From the NCBI GenBank assembly GCA_002269645.1, contig NIVC01002424.1, positions 1 to 63,927 on the forward strand: a stretch of 63,927 nucleotides of DNA, given 5' to 3'. Position numbers and translations under genes: made by a program. The DNA comes from Macrostomum lignano. Taxonomy: Eukaryota. Of the stretch, positions 40,886 to 52,219 are shown in pieces; position 1 is the stretch's first letter; each line of letters starts with the position of its first letter. Below the pieces are notes generated by a model, which saw only the letters and a program-made list of their open reading frames with translations, did no database searches and was not told the DNA's origin.

Positions 40886-40925
40886 ATACCTGACGATGAA
40901 CCTTGGTGTGCGAAACGCGTCGAAA
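40886..40925 (+). ncRNA. Second hammerhead copy with a stem II mismatch
   Basis: CTGACGATGAACCTTGGTGTGCGAAACGCGTC. C>A at 40899 breaks the GCAC/GTGC stem. Confidence 0.5.
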
Positions 40926-41537
40926 AAACCACATGTTGATTTTCGGATTTCTTTTTATTTTACTTGCCAAGCCACTTTACCAAATTTAATTTATTCATTT
41001 TTTCGTTTTAAAATAGGCATGCTTTACATATTTTATGCTATAATAAGTTGTTGAATAATGCAGCTCTAACTTTGAAACACACAACATATTCTATTTAATA
41101 AAAAAAACTTTTTTCACTATTTTGTATTCCAATAATCAGTAGACACTTTTGTGCTTCAGCACGCACATTAACAACCTTATTTAATTTTAATTATGTTGTG
41201 ACCTTGTACTAAACCTTTGCAAACTTTCCGACTATTCAGTAAACATTTCATTCGAGAAATTTCCGCGCTAAAATATGATTCTAAATATAGTAACTTCAAT
41301 TCCCGCGTGACTCTTTCTAGAAAATTCTTTCTTCCGGAGTGTTCCATGAAAAAGCTATAAACATAAATCACCCGCAATCAAACGGTTGCAGTTCTTCGAT
41401 CTATCTTGTAAACTTATCTTATTACCAATAATAATTAAGAACCACCGGCTTTCGCCTCGTTTATTTAAAACGTTACAATTATTTCAATTTACAATCGCAG
41501 CCTTATATAAATTTTACTGGTTAGGAATAAAATGTTA

Positions 41538-43292
41538 GGGTGCGTTCGGGTGGCTTAAAATAAGTTAAAATGACTTAAAATGAGTTTAAGCGCCATTTTA
41601 ACGTCCTCAGTAAAACAAAACAAATGACAAGATTTCATTTTAAAAAACCGGTAAGTATTCATACACAATGTTTTAAGGGTTGTAAAAACCTAGTTTAAAA
41701 TTTTAAATGGGTAGATAGTCAGTCTAAACCTGTTTTCTACATTATGAGACGGTAATTTATAACAAATCGTTAAGTGAGAAATATTTGTCAATGCTGTTTC
41801 AGTAAATTGCTTTCTACTAGTGTTATTATTTTAGTGTGAATATTTATTATAACAGTAGTAAATATCATTTTAAATTACTTTACTGATAGGTATAATCAAG
41901 TCTAGCTGGCAGTGCATTCTTCGAGCACGCGGTGCCCGAAAGAATAGCGATTAAATTATATCCGCGCTTTCTAGTTTCTAATTATAAGTATCCACTGATT
42001 TAATAATGTATAAATTGGAAGCAGCTTTACATGTAATTATGTATAGTAGCTGGCATGGTAAAGCTGTCTTATATCGCTTCTTTTGACTTATGCCAGATAT
42101 GTTTACACAAGGCAGCAACTGAATATTTTCAGTAAAAGGCAAAATACGAGTTGCGAGTCTATGTGATAAATAAATATACCTGGCTTTTGCATCAACTTCT
42201 AGTCCCCATGCATGAATCTACTTTTTTGTTCTGTTGATGGTTCTCTGAATTATTTACTAATGATGAGAATGTGCCTTATTATTCCATATTCCTTTGTTTT
42301 TTAAATCATTATTAACCCTCCTCTCAACCCAAACAGCCAAACTGTCATTCTTAATTTTTACTGCTTTTAATTTCTACTTTTACTTATTAACTCGTAAATA
42401 TAATCGATACTATGTACACACTGCTAAAATTAGTAGTGTAAAAATCCACCAAAAATTAATTTCTAAGTCCATTTTGATCAAATACACATTGTAGAAGATT
42501 ATTTACATGACTTTTTCTTACTGTGATTGCAAGATGTGCTGAAAGGATGCTTTTTATTTTCATTTTTTCTTATATAATCGCCTGGGCCTAGCTGGCTTCC
42601 TACAGCTAGAGTTGTAACTTTACTGGGTATGGGGGCACACCAAAGTACTTTTGACGTTTGTACTTTATTTTTCAACTCAATAGCTAAGCAGATGGAGGCG
42701 TGAAAAGTGTTAAATTTTTTAGCTGGAGAATGGCAAGGTGTATAGTGATAAAATACAGAATGAAAACGTGTCTTCCAGTTTATTCCAGTAGTCGAGTTTC
42801 ATTTACTTGTACCATATAAGAAAGCATCAATTAGCGAGTAGAGACCCAAGCATCTGATCTATACTTATATTTGCAATCAATGATCGTGTAGGTTGAGAAA
42901 AAATTAACTGCTGTGTTTTAATGTCCACGTGGACTGCATCACACCTATCGATAAAGTAATTTAAACTGATATTTACTATTGTTATAATGAGTATTCACAC
43001 TAAAAGAATAACACTAGTAGCAATTTACTGAAGCAGCATTGACAAATATTTCTCACTTAACGATTTGTTATAAATTACCGTCTCAAAATGTAGAAAACAG
43101 GTTTAGACTGACTATCTACCCATTTAAAATTTTAAACTAGGTTTTTATAACTCTTAAAACATTGTGTATGAATACTTACCGGTTTTTTAAAATGAAATCT
43201 TGTCATTTGTTTTGTTTTACTGAGGACGTTAAAATGGCGCTTAAACTCATTTTAAGTCATTTTAACTTATTTTAAGCCACTCGAACGCACCC
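41538..43292. mobile_element. Non-autonomous PIF/Harbinger-type element with ~350-bp TIRs
   Basis: Termini GGGTGCGTTCG...CGAACGCACCC. TIRs ~41538-41885 and ~42950-43292. 3-bp TSD TTA. AT-rich non-coding core. Confidence 0.88.
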
Positions 43293-43540
43293 TTAGTAAA
43301 AATTAGCGAGAAAAAAACGACGGTAGATCAAGATTCATGTAGCAAACTAATTAATAAATCGGAATTTCAAAGCTTAATTTACCTAAATTGGAGTAAAGAC
43401 TATTTCAAATTTGTCAATTTTTACTATGTAGGCAGCCCCCGTGACTGGCGGTAGCACCAGCTGAAGACCGTTCATGCTAGCCGTCCTCGCCACAGTCGGA
43501 GGTGGATGAGCTGCAGTTGTAGTGATGAGCTGCTGAGGTA

Positions 43541-44389
43541 TTAATTAATTGTAGCCCCCAACACTTCATCAAGCGAGCCAAAAGCTTGAAGCATAGAGCC
43601 AAACGCACCATTAGACTGCTCTGGGGCATAAGAATCGGCTGTGTTGTAATCTGCGGCAACCTGCTGGGCGGTGCCATCTTGCTGTTGAGTTCCCGCAGGT
43701 GGTGGCAGCTGCTGGGCGGTGCCGTCTTGCTGTTGAATTCCCGCAGGTGGTGGCAGCTGCTGGGCGGTGCCGTCTTGCTGTTGAATTGCCGTAGGTGGTG
43801 GCAGCTGCTGGGCGGTGCCATCTTGCTGTTGAATGTCCACAGGTGCTGGCTCGCAGATGCCGGGAGGCTGCTCATTAATGATAGCAATGTCGCTGTCCTC
43901 AGTCTCCTCACCGGTTGGCACTTCGTACAGTAGGCTGCCCGGACTGTCCATGCGAATCTGCTTTCCTCTGATAACCGGGAAATGTCTAGCCGACTGAGCA
44001 GCGAGTGGGCGTTGGAATTGTGGCTGCTGCTGCTGCTCAACAAAGTCATCATCGCTGTTACAGCCGTCTCTAATTACACCGTTTATTAATTGGCTGAGAG
44101 CCTGTCGTGCAGCGGTTTGCTCTCCGGCTATTTGATGTGCTTTCTGCATAACTATGCGTCTAAATGTTTTTATTCCATTGTCTCCAGTAGGTAGCTGCTG
44201 GTGTCCGCGGTGAGCTTTGAATTTTCCTATATTTCCTTCACGCTTTTTTACAACGCCAAACTGCCAACAAGCGCTAAAAATGCGCTTGTTGCACTCTTTT
44301 TGACAGCCAGTCTTTAAAAATCCAACAACGCATTTGTTACGCGTTAAGCAGACTTCAAAGGTAGCACTTGAATCGCTAGTCTTCTCCAT
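43541..44389 (-). CDS. Unknown 282-aa ORF with 14-aa repeats (IQQQDGTAQQLPPP)
   Basis: Intact ATG-to-stop ORF. TATATAAAT about 50 nt upstream. 42-bp repeat, about 4 copies, at 43660-43835. No family recognised. Confidence 0.45.
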   Translation of the reverse strand: MEKTSDSSATFEVCLTRNKCVVGFLKTGCQKECNKRIFSACWQFGVVKKREGNIGKFKAHRGHQQLPTGDNGIKTFRRIVMQKAHQIAGEQTAARQALSQLINGVIRDGCNSDDDFVEQQQQPQFQRPLAAQSARHFPVIRGKQIRMDSPGSLLYEVPTGEETEDSDIAIINEQPPGICEPAPVDIQQQDGTAQQLPPPTAIQQQDGTAQQLPPPAGIQQQDGTAQQLPPPAGTQQQDGTAQQVAADYNTADSYAPEQSNGAFGSMLQAFGSLDEVLGATIN

Positions 44390-44503
44390 TGTTGCGGTGG
44401 AAGTGAGAATTCGGAAAGACTGCAGTTATTTTTTACCTCATTTATATACAATTTGCTGAACACGGAACACTAAATACAGAACCCTCCAATCTCCGTTAAA
44501 CTT

Positions 44504-45081
44504 GACTTACTTGACTTAGCTGCAGAGGGGCTCCGTGCGTCCGGAAACAGCGAGGAGGCGTTGCCGCCCATTTCGCTAACCCCTGGCGACCACGGGCAGC
44601 TAGTGCTGCGGTGTCGCGCAGGGAGTTCCGGTGGTGCCGGTGTCCACAGCGCGGTCCCCCTCCGGAGGGTCCAGGAGGTGGACTGTCGCTCGCCCGGTAG
44701 CCCTTAGGTAGCGGACGAGCTGGCAGAGATTCTCGGGCTTGAAAACGTCGGAGAGGTCCGGGTTTGGGCCGAGGTAGGTGAGCCTGACCTGAGTAAAGGC
44801 GGGGCATTCACAGATGAAGTGCTCCGCATTCTCGACACCGGAGAGGCAGAAAGGGCATTCCTCACTGCGGATTTTTCCCTGGAGGTAGCGATGCCTGGCA
44901 AAACAGCCATGACCCAAGAGGGCCATGGTCACCGCCCTGATGTCCCTGCGGTTGAGTCCAAGCAGGGCCTTGCGCAGGGCGGAGGAAGGACAGGGGACAG
45001 CCGCGCGTGATTGCCGGCAGTCGGGGGCGTTAGCCCACCTCTCCCTGTGCTTTGAAGCCACCCACTGGTTGATCCGAGTGG
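44504..45081 (-). mobile_element. 5'-truncated non-LTR 3' end (R1/LOA-like C-terminal zinc knuckle)
   Basis: [10 protein letters not shown]...[22 protein letters not shown]. Tail of AAGT(C) repeats. 14-bp TSD TCTCCGTTAAACTT at 44490-44503 and 45082-45095. Confidence 0.85.
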
Positions 45082-45368
45082 TCTCCGTTAAACTTACATC
45101 ATTATTTGTTTCCCACCAACCCCAATCCAGTTCTTCCTCAAACCGACGAATCTCCTCCAATCACCATAAAATCTACATCGTGATTTATTTCCCACCAACC
45201 CCAATCCAGTTCTTCCTTAAACCGACCAATCGACCCCTCCCCAAATTTTTCTCTCCAAAAACTGTGTACACAGCGCAGTTGCTGTGAGACCTGGAACCCT
45301 GCCAGACTAGAATAATAACACGCCGACGTAATTCTGGCGCAATAACAAACTTTATGCTTAGACCCCAG

Positions 45369-48300
45369 CAGTGGCGTACTCAGGATTTAGTTTTGGGGGG
45401 GGCCGCAATCCTTAGGGGCGCCAATGTTGGGTGTCTTGTGGGGGCGCCATTTGCCAATGTTGCGTGCTTAAAATTTAAATCATGAATATTGAACAATTTG
45501 AGCACTTTTGTATTTCGACTTGTACTTATTTATTAGAAAATAACTATTATGCTTAATTTGTTTATTGGACTTTATGTATGATCACGTAGGAACAACCGCG
45601 AAATTGGCATTCAAGGCATCAATCAGAATCGATTCAAATGCGCGCAAAAGTTAAGTACAATAACTAAACTCACATGCAAATATAGACAATATTTTGTACT
45701 GACAGATTAAAAAAACTCATAGCATGGGAAAGTCGTTTTACGATGTGAGAAATTTTCATTAAATTTGAGCATGAAAAGTTTCAGAGTAATGAGAAAGGTA
45801 TGAAACATTCGCCGAATTTTGCACAGACACTTCTATAGAAACTTTTTAAAGAAACATAAATAAATGTCCAAATATAATAGGCAACTCCTGAAAACACTGC
45901 ACATATACTTTTATCGTCCATGCTTGCAGATTTTTTAAAGCAGTTTTCATTGAATAGAATGATCTAGAAGCCTCGCAAAATGACAAAGAACTTGTTTTAC
46001 TACACCCAGTCACCCATTATTTCTTGGAAATCAACTAAGTATATAACAAGTATCTGTGAAAGTAATAAATAAGCCTATTTGAACAGCTTGCTAAAATGTC
46101 AATACACAGAATACGCAAAGCAGGAAAATGTCAATACATAAGATCCGGTAAATGGCACCTACTACAATAGTATATGACGGCTCGTACTCGTACGAGCTAG
46201 GATCGCAAATTAAAACAATAGCTAACACTTCAAAGTAAAAGTTCTATCCGTCTGGGCTGCGACGCGAACCTTTGAAGAACTTCTTCAGGAGTTGGGCAAG
46301 CGCTACGGTGGCATTGAAGCAGCAGAATCGATTGCAGGCGATCCTCTCCCATTGTGCTGCGCTCAACAGTTAAAGTCCTTTTTAGCTTGGAAAAAACTCT
46401 CTCTGGCTCACACGTTGAGACTGGAAGAGTAGCCAGGATCATGAGTAGTCGCTGAATGTTTGGAAATTTATGCACGCTACAAGTCTTTAATGCTTCAAGT
46501 GCTGACCCAGGACGGTCTCGCGTCGACACTGCTGCCCACTGTCGACGCCATAGCAGGTACTCTTGCTTCACCACTGAAGGTGGGTCTGTAAGTTGGCAGT
46601 TGTACTTCAGCACAGCTTCCTGCACTTTACTCCATTGCTCCTCCATGTCAACAAGCTTTTCGTGAAAAAACTTTGGTATCAGAAGCGTCAAGTTGAAGGC
46701 ACGCTTTTGTGGAGCATCAAATCGCAGTTTGATATCTGATATGATTGCTGCTACTGCCGGATAGAAAACCGTTTCTCTGTAATGCTGCTCAGCTGTTACC
46801 GACACCGGTTGCCGGGATCTTGTAGTTGCAAATGCAAAATGTTCTCGTGCAGAGCGAATTCTTGGCGGCCTTACTTCGATATCAAATTCTGCAGCGAGCT
46901 GTTCAACTTTAGAGAATACTTCTCTAAATCGCACCTCACTTTGAAGCTCTTCCAGTTCAGCCAGGACATGATGAACATCTGCTAAAGCTTCTACCAGTTC
47001 GCTGCTAGATGATTGCAGTCTTCGGGAAACAGGCAGCAGAAGACTGGCCAAGGTTTCAAGGACAATCATCCCAACAATAAAGTCCAAATTCAAAATAGCT
47101 GAATGGTGGCAAGCTGCAGAGCGAGCAGCATCGGTTCCTGGCCAGGAGCTGATTTCTTCTAAGGCTTGTTCAATGAAAGGAAATAGCAATCGAAAGGTGA
47201 CGACAGCGGTGTGGCGCTCCAAAAATCGAGTTTCACACAAACTAATGAGATGCCACTTTGCCGTTTCAACTTCGTGATCATTTGATTGTATTAGACGTTT
47301 GAGCAAAGTAGTCCTTTTGCTGCTTGACTTGAAGCCTGCTACAACCTCTTGAATGACTCCCATGGAATTTCTGATGATCTGGACCTTAATGGCATTTGCT
47401 GCGCTTAAATTCAACCAGTGAGCCATACAATGAAAGTAGTCCGCTTGAGGGGCCTCTTTGCGGATAAAAGCAGCAACTCCAATTCTCTCACTCGCCATGG
47501 CAGCGGCACCATCGTAGCATTGTGCTACGCACTGATTCAAATCAAGTCCAAGAGTGCGTAGGCGCCTGACAATTGCGGATGAAATATTCGCACCACTGAG
47601 TCGCAAATTCTCCCATCCATCACAATTTTCAGCTATATCAGCAACAACATCTAGCATTGCAACTGGCTCTTCGAATTGCTGAAAAGCACCATCTTCAGTT
47701 TGTTCTACAAATCGAACAACGATGACCAGCTGCTCCCTCTTCTGTACATCCATCGTTTCATCGACAATCAGTGCCCAGAACATAGCATTCCTAACTCGAG
47801 CGACAATTCTTTCTTGAATAAGTTGCAACGCGACATCCAAAGTTTCATTCTGAATTCGAGGAGAAAAATATGTCGCGTTTAACGATGCTTGTCTAGCATG
47901 TGCTCCCAAGACACTGTCCCCAGCTCGAATACGAAATCGTAAAAGCGCTCGGAAATTTCCATCATTGACTTTTGGCTCTTCTGCCTCTTGAGAATTGTCT
48001 GATTCTGGGAATAAAGGCTGATTTTCTCCGCGGTGCCCACGCAAACTGAGATTTTGTCTTGCGCATGTCAGCACTGTATCAATCACTGATATAAGAATTT
48101 CCCTGTTTTTACTGATTTGCTGTTGACGCGTCTTCTCAATTTGGGAGCGAATGTCGTTGGTTTCTTCTCCAAATAATGTGCGCTTCTCAAACTCCTTCAT
48201 TTTTTCTACATTTGCTAGATGAAAAGCGGTCTTCTCGTGACAACTAAGGTGTCCACTCTTGCCAGTGAGTTCGTCAAAACGCTGTAGTGGCTTCATAACT

Positions 48301-50354
48301 AATACGCCAGGCATTTGTCCACCCCCATGAGAGCGCCCTCCAACTCCAGCTGCTGATGAAAATAATACACATGGGGTGCAAAATACGCCTTCAAGTCCAG
48401 AGACTCGGCTCACAGACAGCCAGGGAAACTCTTCAAGATGACTGGGCATAATTTTTCGTTTTCTCTGACGTCCTTGACATCGATGCATTGAAAATGGAAA
48501 ATGCTCTTGCTTTTTCGGCACCCACGGTTTAAAAAACTTTCGTCGAATTTCGATATTAATTGAACTTAGTTTAACAGCAAGACCGATGTCATTTTCAGCG
48601 ACAAAGTGCTGTGACTGAATTCTGTCTTCAATGATAAGAGCTGAGCCACAAAGTGAAGCTGTGCTTACATTAGAGAAGAGAGCGCTTGGAGCTGAAGCGG
48701 CTGGATTGTCTGAGGCGCCGCCGACGTCAAGGGCGGCAGCTGAAGCGGCTGGATTGTCTGGGGCACCGCCGACGTCAAGGGCGGCAGCTGAAGCGGCTGG
48801 ATTGTCTGGGGCGCCGCCGATGTCAAAGGCGGCAGCTGAAGCGGTTGGATTGTCTTGCTCGCAGAGGGCGGTGCTTGAAGCAGCTGTGATGGCTTGTGTA
48901 GCCTTGTCGCCTTTATCATCTGAACGACTTGAAAAATACTGTCGGATCTGGGCGCTCTCCTTTGCGCTGTCTTTGAGCAATCGAGCACGTTTATTTCTTC
49001 TACCTTCAGCTCCAGATAATTTTCTTTTTGTCGACATGAATCCGTCCAGAGTCCCGACTACGCTCTCAAATGCATTCTCGATTCGATAGGTTGAATTGGA
49101 TTAATGCGTTTTTTAAAGCTTATTTGCTTGGTTTTGCTTTGCATAAGGAATATTCCGTGAATGAGTCAAACACAGACGCTTTTATTTACAAGTAAGCGTA
49201 CGTTCATCATAGTACTTTCTTTCTACGTACTTTCAAGCGTAGCTCTTAGGGCTTAGGGCGTTGGGGGGGGGGGCAGGCAGTCCTTGTTTTGCCTCCTCTC
49301 TCTCAACTCAACCCCGCGCGATCGATAATGGACGGGAGACGGTTTGCTTCATGTGGTGAGGGTATGCACACGATTTTAATGTACAGCGGAGAGCTTTTTA
49401 GCTAACATGTTTATCAGTAGAGAATGGGTTGATTAAATTCAGTGGAGAGTTGTCTATTTGCCAAACTTATTCAATTGATGTTAGAAAAATGTGTACATTC
49501 TGACTGACGCCAAGTACAAGCATGCATATAGAAAGCGAGAATTGAACAGCTAGTTATTTGCGAAGTTCTTAAAAATTGAGTTATTTCTGCTTAATGGAAT
49601 GAAGAATTTTCAGTAAATGATTAGAATCTACATTTAGTATAGGTAGCTTTTCAAACTGATTAGTCATACCTTCATGATATTTGTTTCATTTATACGCACT
49701 TATTACAAAAACAAAATTAACTATCTGTTGGTGGGGCGTGGGCGCCTGTCGTTTGGTGGGTGGGCACCCTGTATCTTACAGTGCTCCCTTGTCTCTTAAA
49801 TGGGCGTCCGTGTCCCTTAGGTGGGCGCCCCTATCATTCATCGAGCTTATACCCCATCGTTTCGTTGTTGGAGGGGCGCAATTTTTGTGGGGCACAATTT
49901 TTTTAAGGGGCAATTTTTGTGGGGCGCAATTTTTGTGTGGCCGCAATTTTTGTGCGGGATCGATGGGCGGCGGGAGCTTACGGCACCGGGGCACGTTTAC
50001 CGCACGGGCGGTAATTTTTAGTGCCTTCTCTGATATTTTAGGCCCTAATTATTAGCAGCTTATATAAAGGTACCTGTGCTGTGCCCCCTTGCCCTGTGCC
50101 CAGTGCCCCCCTAAAATATTAGGCTCTGCCACTCCCTGGGGAGGGGGCAATTTTAGTGGAACTGTGGGGGCGCAATTTTTGTCAGGGGGGGGGCAATTTT
50201 TGTGAGGGCGCAATTTTAGTGGGGAGGGGGGCAATTTTTGTGGGGGGGGGCAATTTTTGTGGGGTGCGCAATTTTTGTGGGGGCGTAATTTTTTTGGCGG
50301 GCGATTGGGGGGGGGGGGGCCGCGGCCCCCCCGCCCCCCCTGCGTACGCCACTG
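45369..50354 (-). mobile_element. Autonomous-looking hAT DNA transposon (Tip100/Zaphod, ZMYM1-like type)
   Basis: TIR CAGTGGCGTAC(T/G)CAGG, perfect 8-bp TSD GACCCCAG (45361-45368, 50355-50362), and GGGGCGCAATTTTT subterminal repeats at 49860-49950 and 50160-50285. Confidence 0.95.
46230..49037 (-). CDS. hAT transposase, 935 aa, intact
   Basis: TTF-type zinc finger (WL...FCTPC...H..HEKTAFH), GNFRALL, WALIVDETMD, QCYDGAAAM, HCMAHWLNL, ETRF, PVSTCEPERVFSKL dimerisation domain. N-terminal 16-aa repeats (DNPAASAAALDVGGAP). Confidence 0.95.
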   Translation of the reverse strand: MSTKRKLSGAEGRRNKRARLLKDSAKESAQIRQYFSSRSDDKGDKATQAITAASSTALCEQDNPTASAAAFDIGGAPDNPAASAAALDVGGAPDNPAASAAALDVGGASDNPAASAPSALFSNVSTASLCGSALIIEDRIQSQHFVAENDIGLAVKLSSINIEIRRKFFKPWVPKKQEHFPFSMHRCQGRQRKRKIMPSHLEEFPWLSVSRVSGLEGVFCTPCVLFSSAAGVGGRSHGGGQMPGVLVMKPLQRFDELTGKSGHLSCHEKTAFHLANVEKMKEFEKRTLFGEETNDIRSQIEKTRQQQISKNREILISVIDTVLTCARQNLSLRGHRGENQPLFPESDNSQEAEEPKVNDGNFRALLRFRIRAGDSVLGAHARQASLNATYFSPRIQNETLDVALQLIQERIVARVRNAMFWALIVDETMDVQKREQLVIVVRFVEQTEDGAFQQFEEPVAMLDVVADIAENCDGWENLRLSGANISSAIVRRLRTLGLDLNQCVAQCYDGAAAMASERIGVAAFIRKEAPQADYFHCMAHWLNLSAANAIKVQIIRNSMGVIQEVVAGFKSSSKRTTLLKRLIQSNDHEVETAKWHLISLCETRFLERHTAVVTFRLLFPFIEQALEEISSWPGTDAARSAACHHSAILNLDFIVGMIVLETLASLLLPVSRRLQSSSSELVEALADVHHVLAELEELQSEVRFREVFSKVEQLAAEFDIEVRPPRIRSAREHFAFATTRSRQPVSVTAEQHYRETVFYPAVAAIISDIKLRFDAPQKRAFNLTLLIPKFFHEKLVDMEEQWSKVQEAVLKYNCQLTDPPSVVKQEYLLWRRQWAAVSTRDRPGSALEALKTCSVHKFPNIQRLLMILATLPVSTCEPERVFSKLKRTLTVERSTMGEDRLQSILLLQCHRSACPTPEEVLQRFASQPRRIELLL

Positions 50355-52219
50355 GACCCCAGACCGTTATCTATTAAAATTTCTCGCAATAATTTAGTTT
50401 ATATTTATTGTGCTTCGTGCTGTACCATAAACCGCCTTTACAGTTGTAAAACTGAGATCAATGGAAAAGAAAACGGTGGGAGCGTCTGTTTTAAGAAAAC
50501 CGGTTTGGGCGTCAATTTTTTTAAAGAACAAAAATAAGCATAAAACTTACATACTATCAAAAATTCGTTTTTTTATTTTTAAACGATATTTGTTGCTGAA
50601 GCAGGTTATTTTTCTTAACTTCTATCTAACTAACTAATAATTATGTCGCCAATTTGTAAATAACGCTCGTACAAGTTCAAACGATTCATTTGAAGTTTTA
50701 AAGTTTGACAGAGTTAATGACAAAGTTTTAGTCTTAGTTACTCTTAAATTTAGTTTATTGAAAGCTTTATATATAAACCTGTCATTTGCATTGCATCTCT
50801 CTGCCCTCTTGAGTCCGCCTCTGCCTCCTTGAATTGGACACCCAGTACAGTAAATCTCAATAAATTTTCGAAGCCTGACGAAAACTGTTCCTGGTCGATA
50901 AAATCCACAAACCAGACAAAATTGGGTGGGCAAGCGCAGAGTGGCCAAATGAGTGGAAAGGTGAGCAGGATAAATTATAGAAATCAATTCGCCTGATTAG
51001 TGAAAATTATTCATCATAATTTGCTATGCTGCCTACTTAATCTCATTTTCAGTAGTGTGTGCGACGACTTTGAATTTCGACTTTTTATGCAATTTCTTGT
51101 ACCCGAAATTTCACTGTAATCTATTGTTACTAAGTTTACTATTTTTTATTGCTTCACTTCAGCTACGACAACCTTCAGTAATAAAGTTTTTGCGCAGTGA
51201 AAGATTTCACATCCTCAAGATTTTAAATTCTCATTTTCAACTTTTATATGCTATAAAACTTTGCTATTCTTAGGAATTTCGAAGCCTATCATTTGTTTTA
51301 AATTTCTATAATTAAAAATAAGGAATTCAATCAGTTTGCAGACTGTGTAGTCAGCTTTATTATTAGTGGCCTCGCTTTCTAAGAATACACCACATTTTTC
51401 CCTTGTGCAGACTCGTCAATCTTAATAACTCCTGCATCAACTGGAACCCACTCGCTTATATCAGCGTATTGAAACCCTCAGCAGCAAGTGCAGTGCTTCT
51501 TTCTTTTAGTCGTGACAGGTCCGTATATAAACACGTCATCATCCTATCCAGACAGGCAGACCTTTGCCCAATAATCCTCGTGCCAATCCATTCTACTGTT
51601 CCAAACAGTGAACTGCCTGTAGAGCACTTGAGCCACTCAGCTACAAGTTGATTACTTCGTCACTAATCCTTGAGAGTTTTTGGTCCTTTCTTTGCTGGAC
51701 TCCCGCTGGACTACCTGTCTATCTATGCAAGATTTTGTTTCTGTTCTGACTTGGCTACAAGACCATTCTACTATACTATCTGCTGTAGTTTTGTTCGTGA
51801 GCCGCCAATCTACACTTTGATGAAGTGGTGCCTAGTAAACACACACTAAACAGAGGTTGTGGGAAATATTTGAAACTGATTCTACTGCCGAAACCGTAAT
51901 GACAAATAAGCTGTGTTTGCTGGCCCGATGCCCGTTCGGCTACCGTGCATTGAAAATGAATCTATGGACCCTATAGCTACTAGAATCTGGCGTCCACGTG
52001 TCCATTATCGATTCGCTTGAATTCTACAAATTGTATTATTGTACCCATCGATCTCTCGACTCTCATTGCTTCTCATTCATTTTAATTTCAGCTCAATGAT
52101 GCCAAAGATAAAGCCATATATATTTCTAGTCTTGATAGGTGCTAGATTCAGCGTCTCTGTATCAAGTCTGGCGCTCCTTTACTATCTTTCACGGTGGAAG
52201 CAGAGCAGCTCAGCGAAAA

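Larger units (their letters stand above)
39870..40952 (-). mobile_element. Penelope-like element, 5'-truncated, with inverted pLTR
   Basis: RT thumb LHRAY...LQQNGYP and GIY-YIG remnants GVVYCFNC / SYVGKTKRHLHTRTREH / SAIQTHL / PTLNTQ (40800-40130). About 140-bp inverted repeats at 39871-40013 and 40809-40950. Confidence 0.9.

Noticed and set aside
50400-52200. Host gene exons or old transposase remnants (ORFs 50634-50987, 51403-51651)
   Set aside because: No recognisable motif or consistent exon chain.
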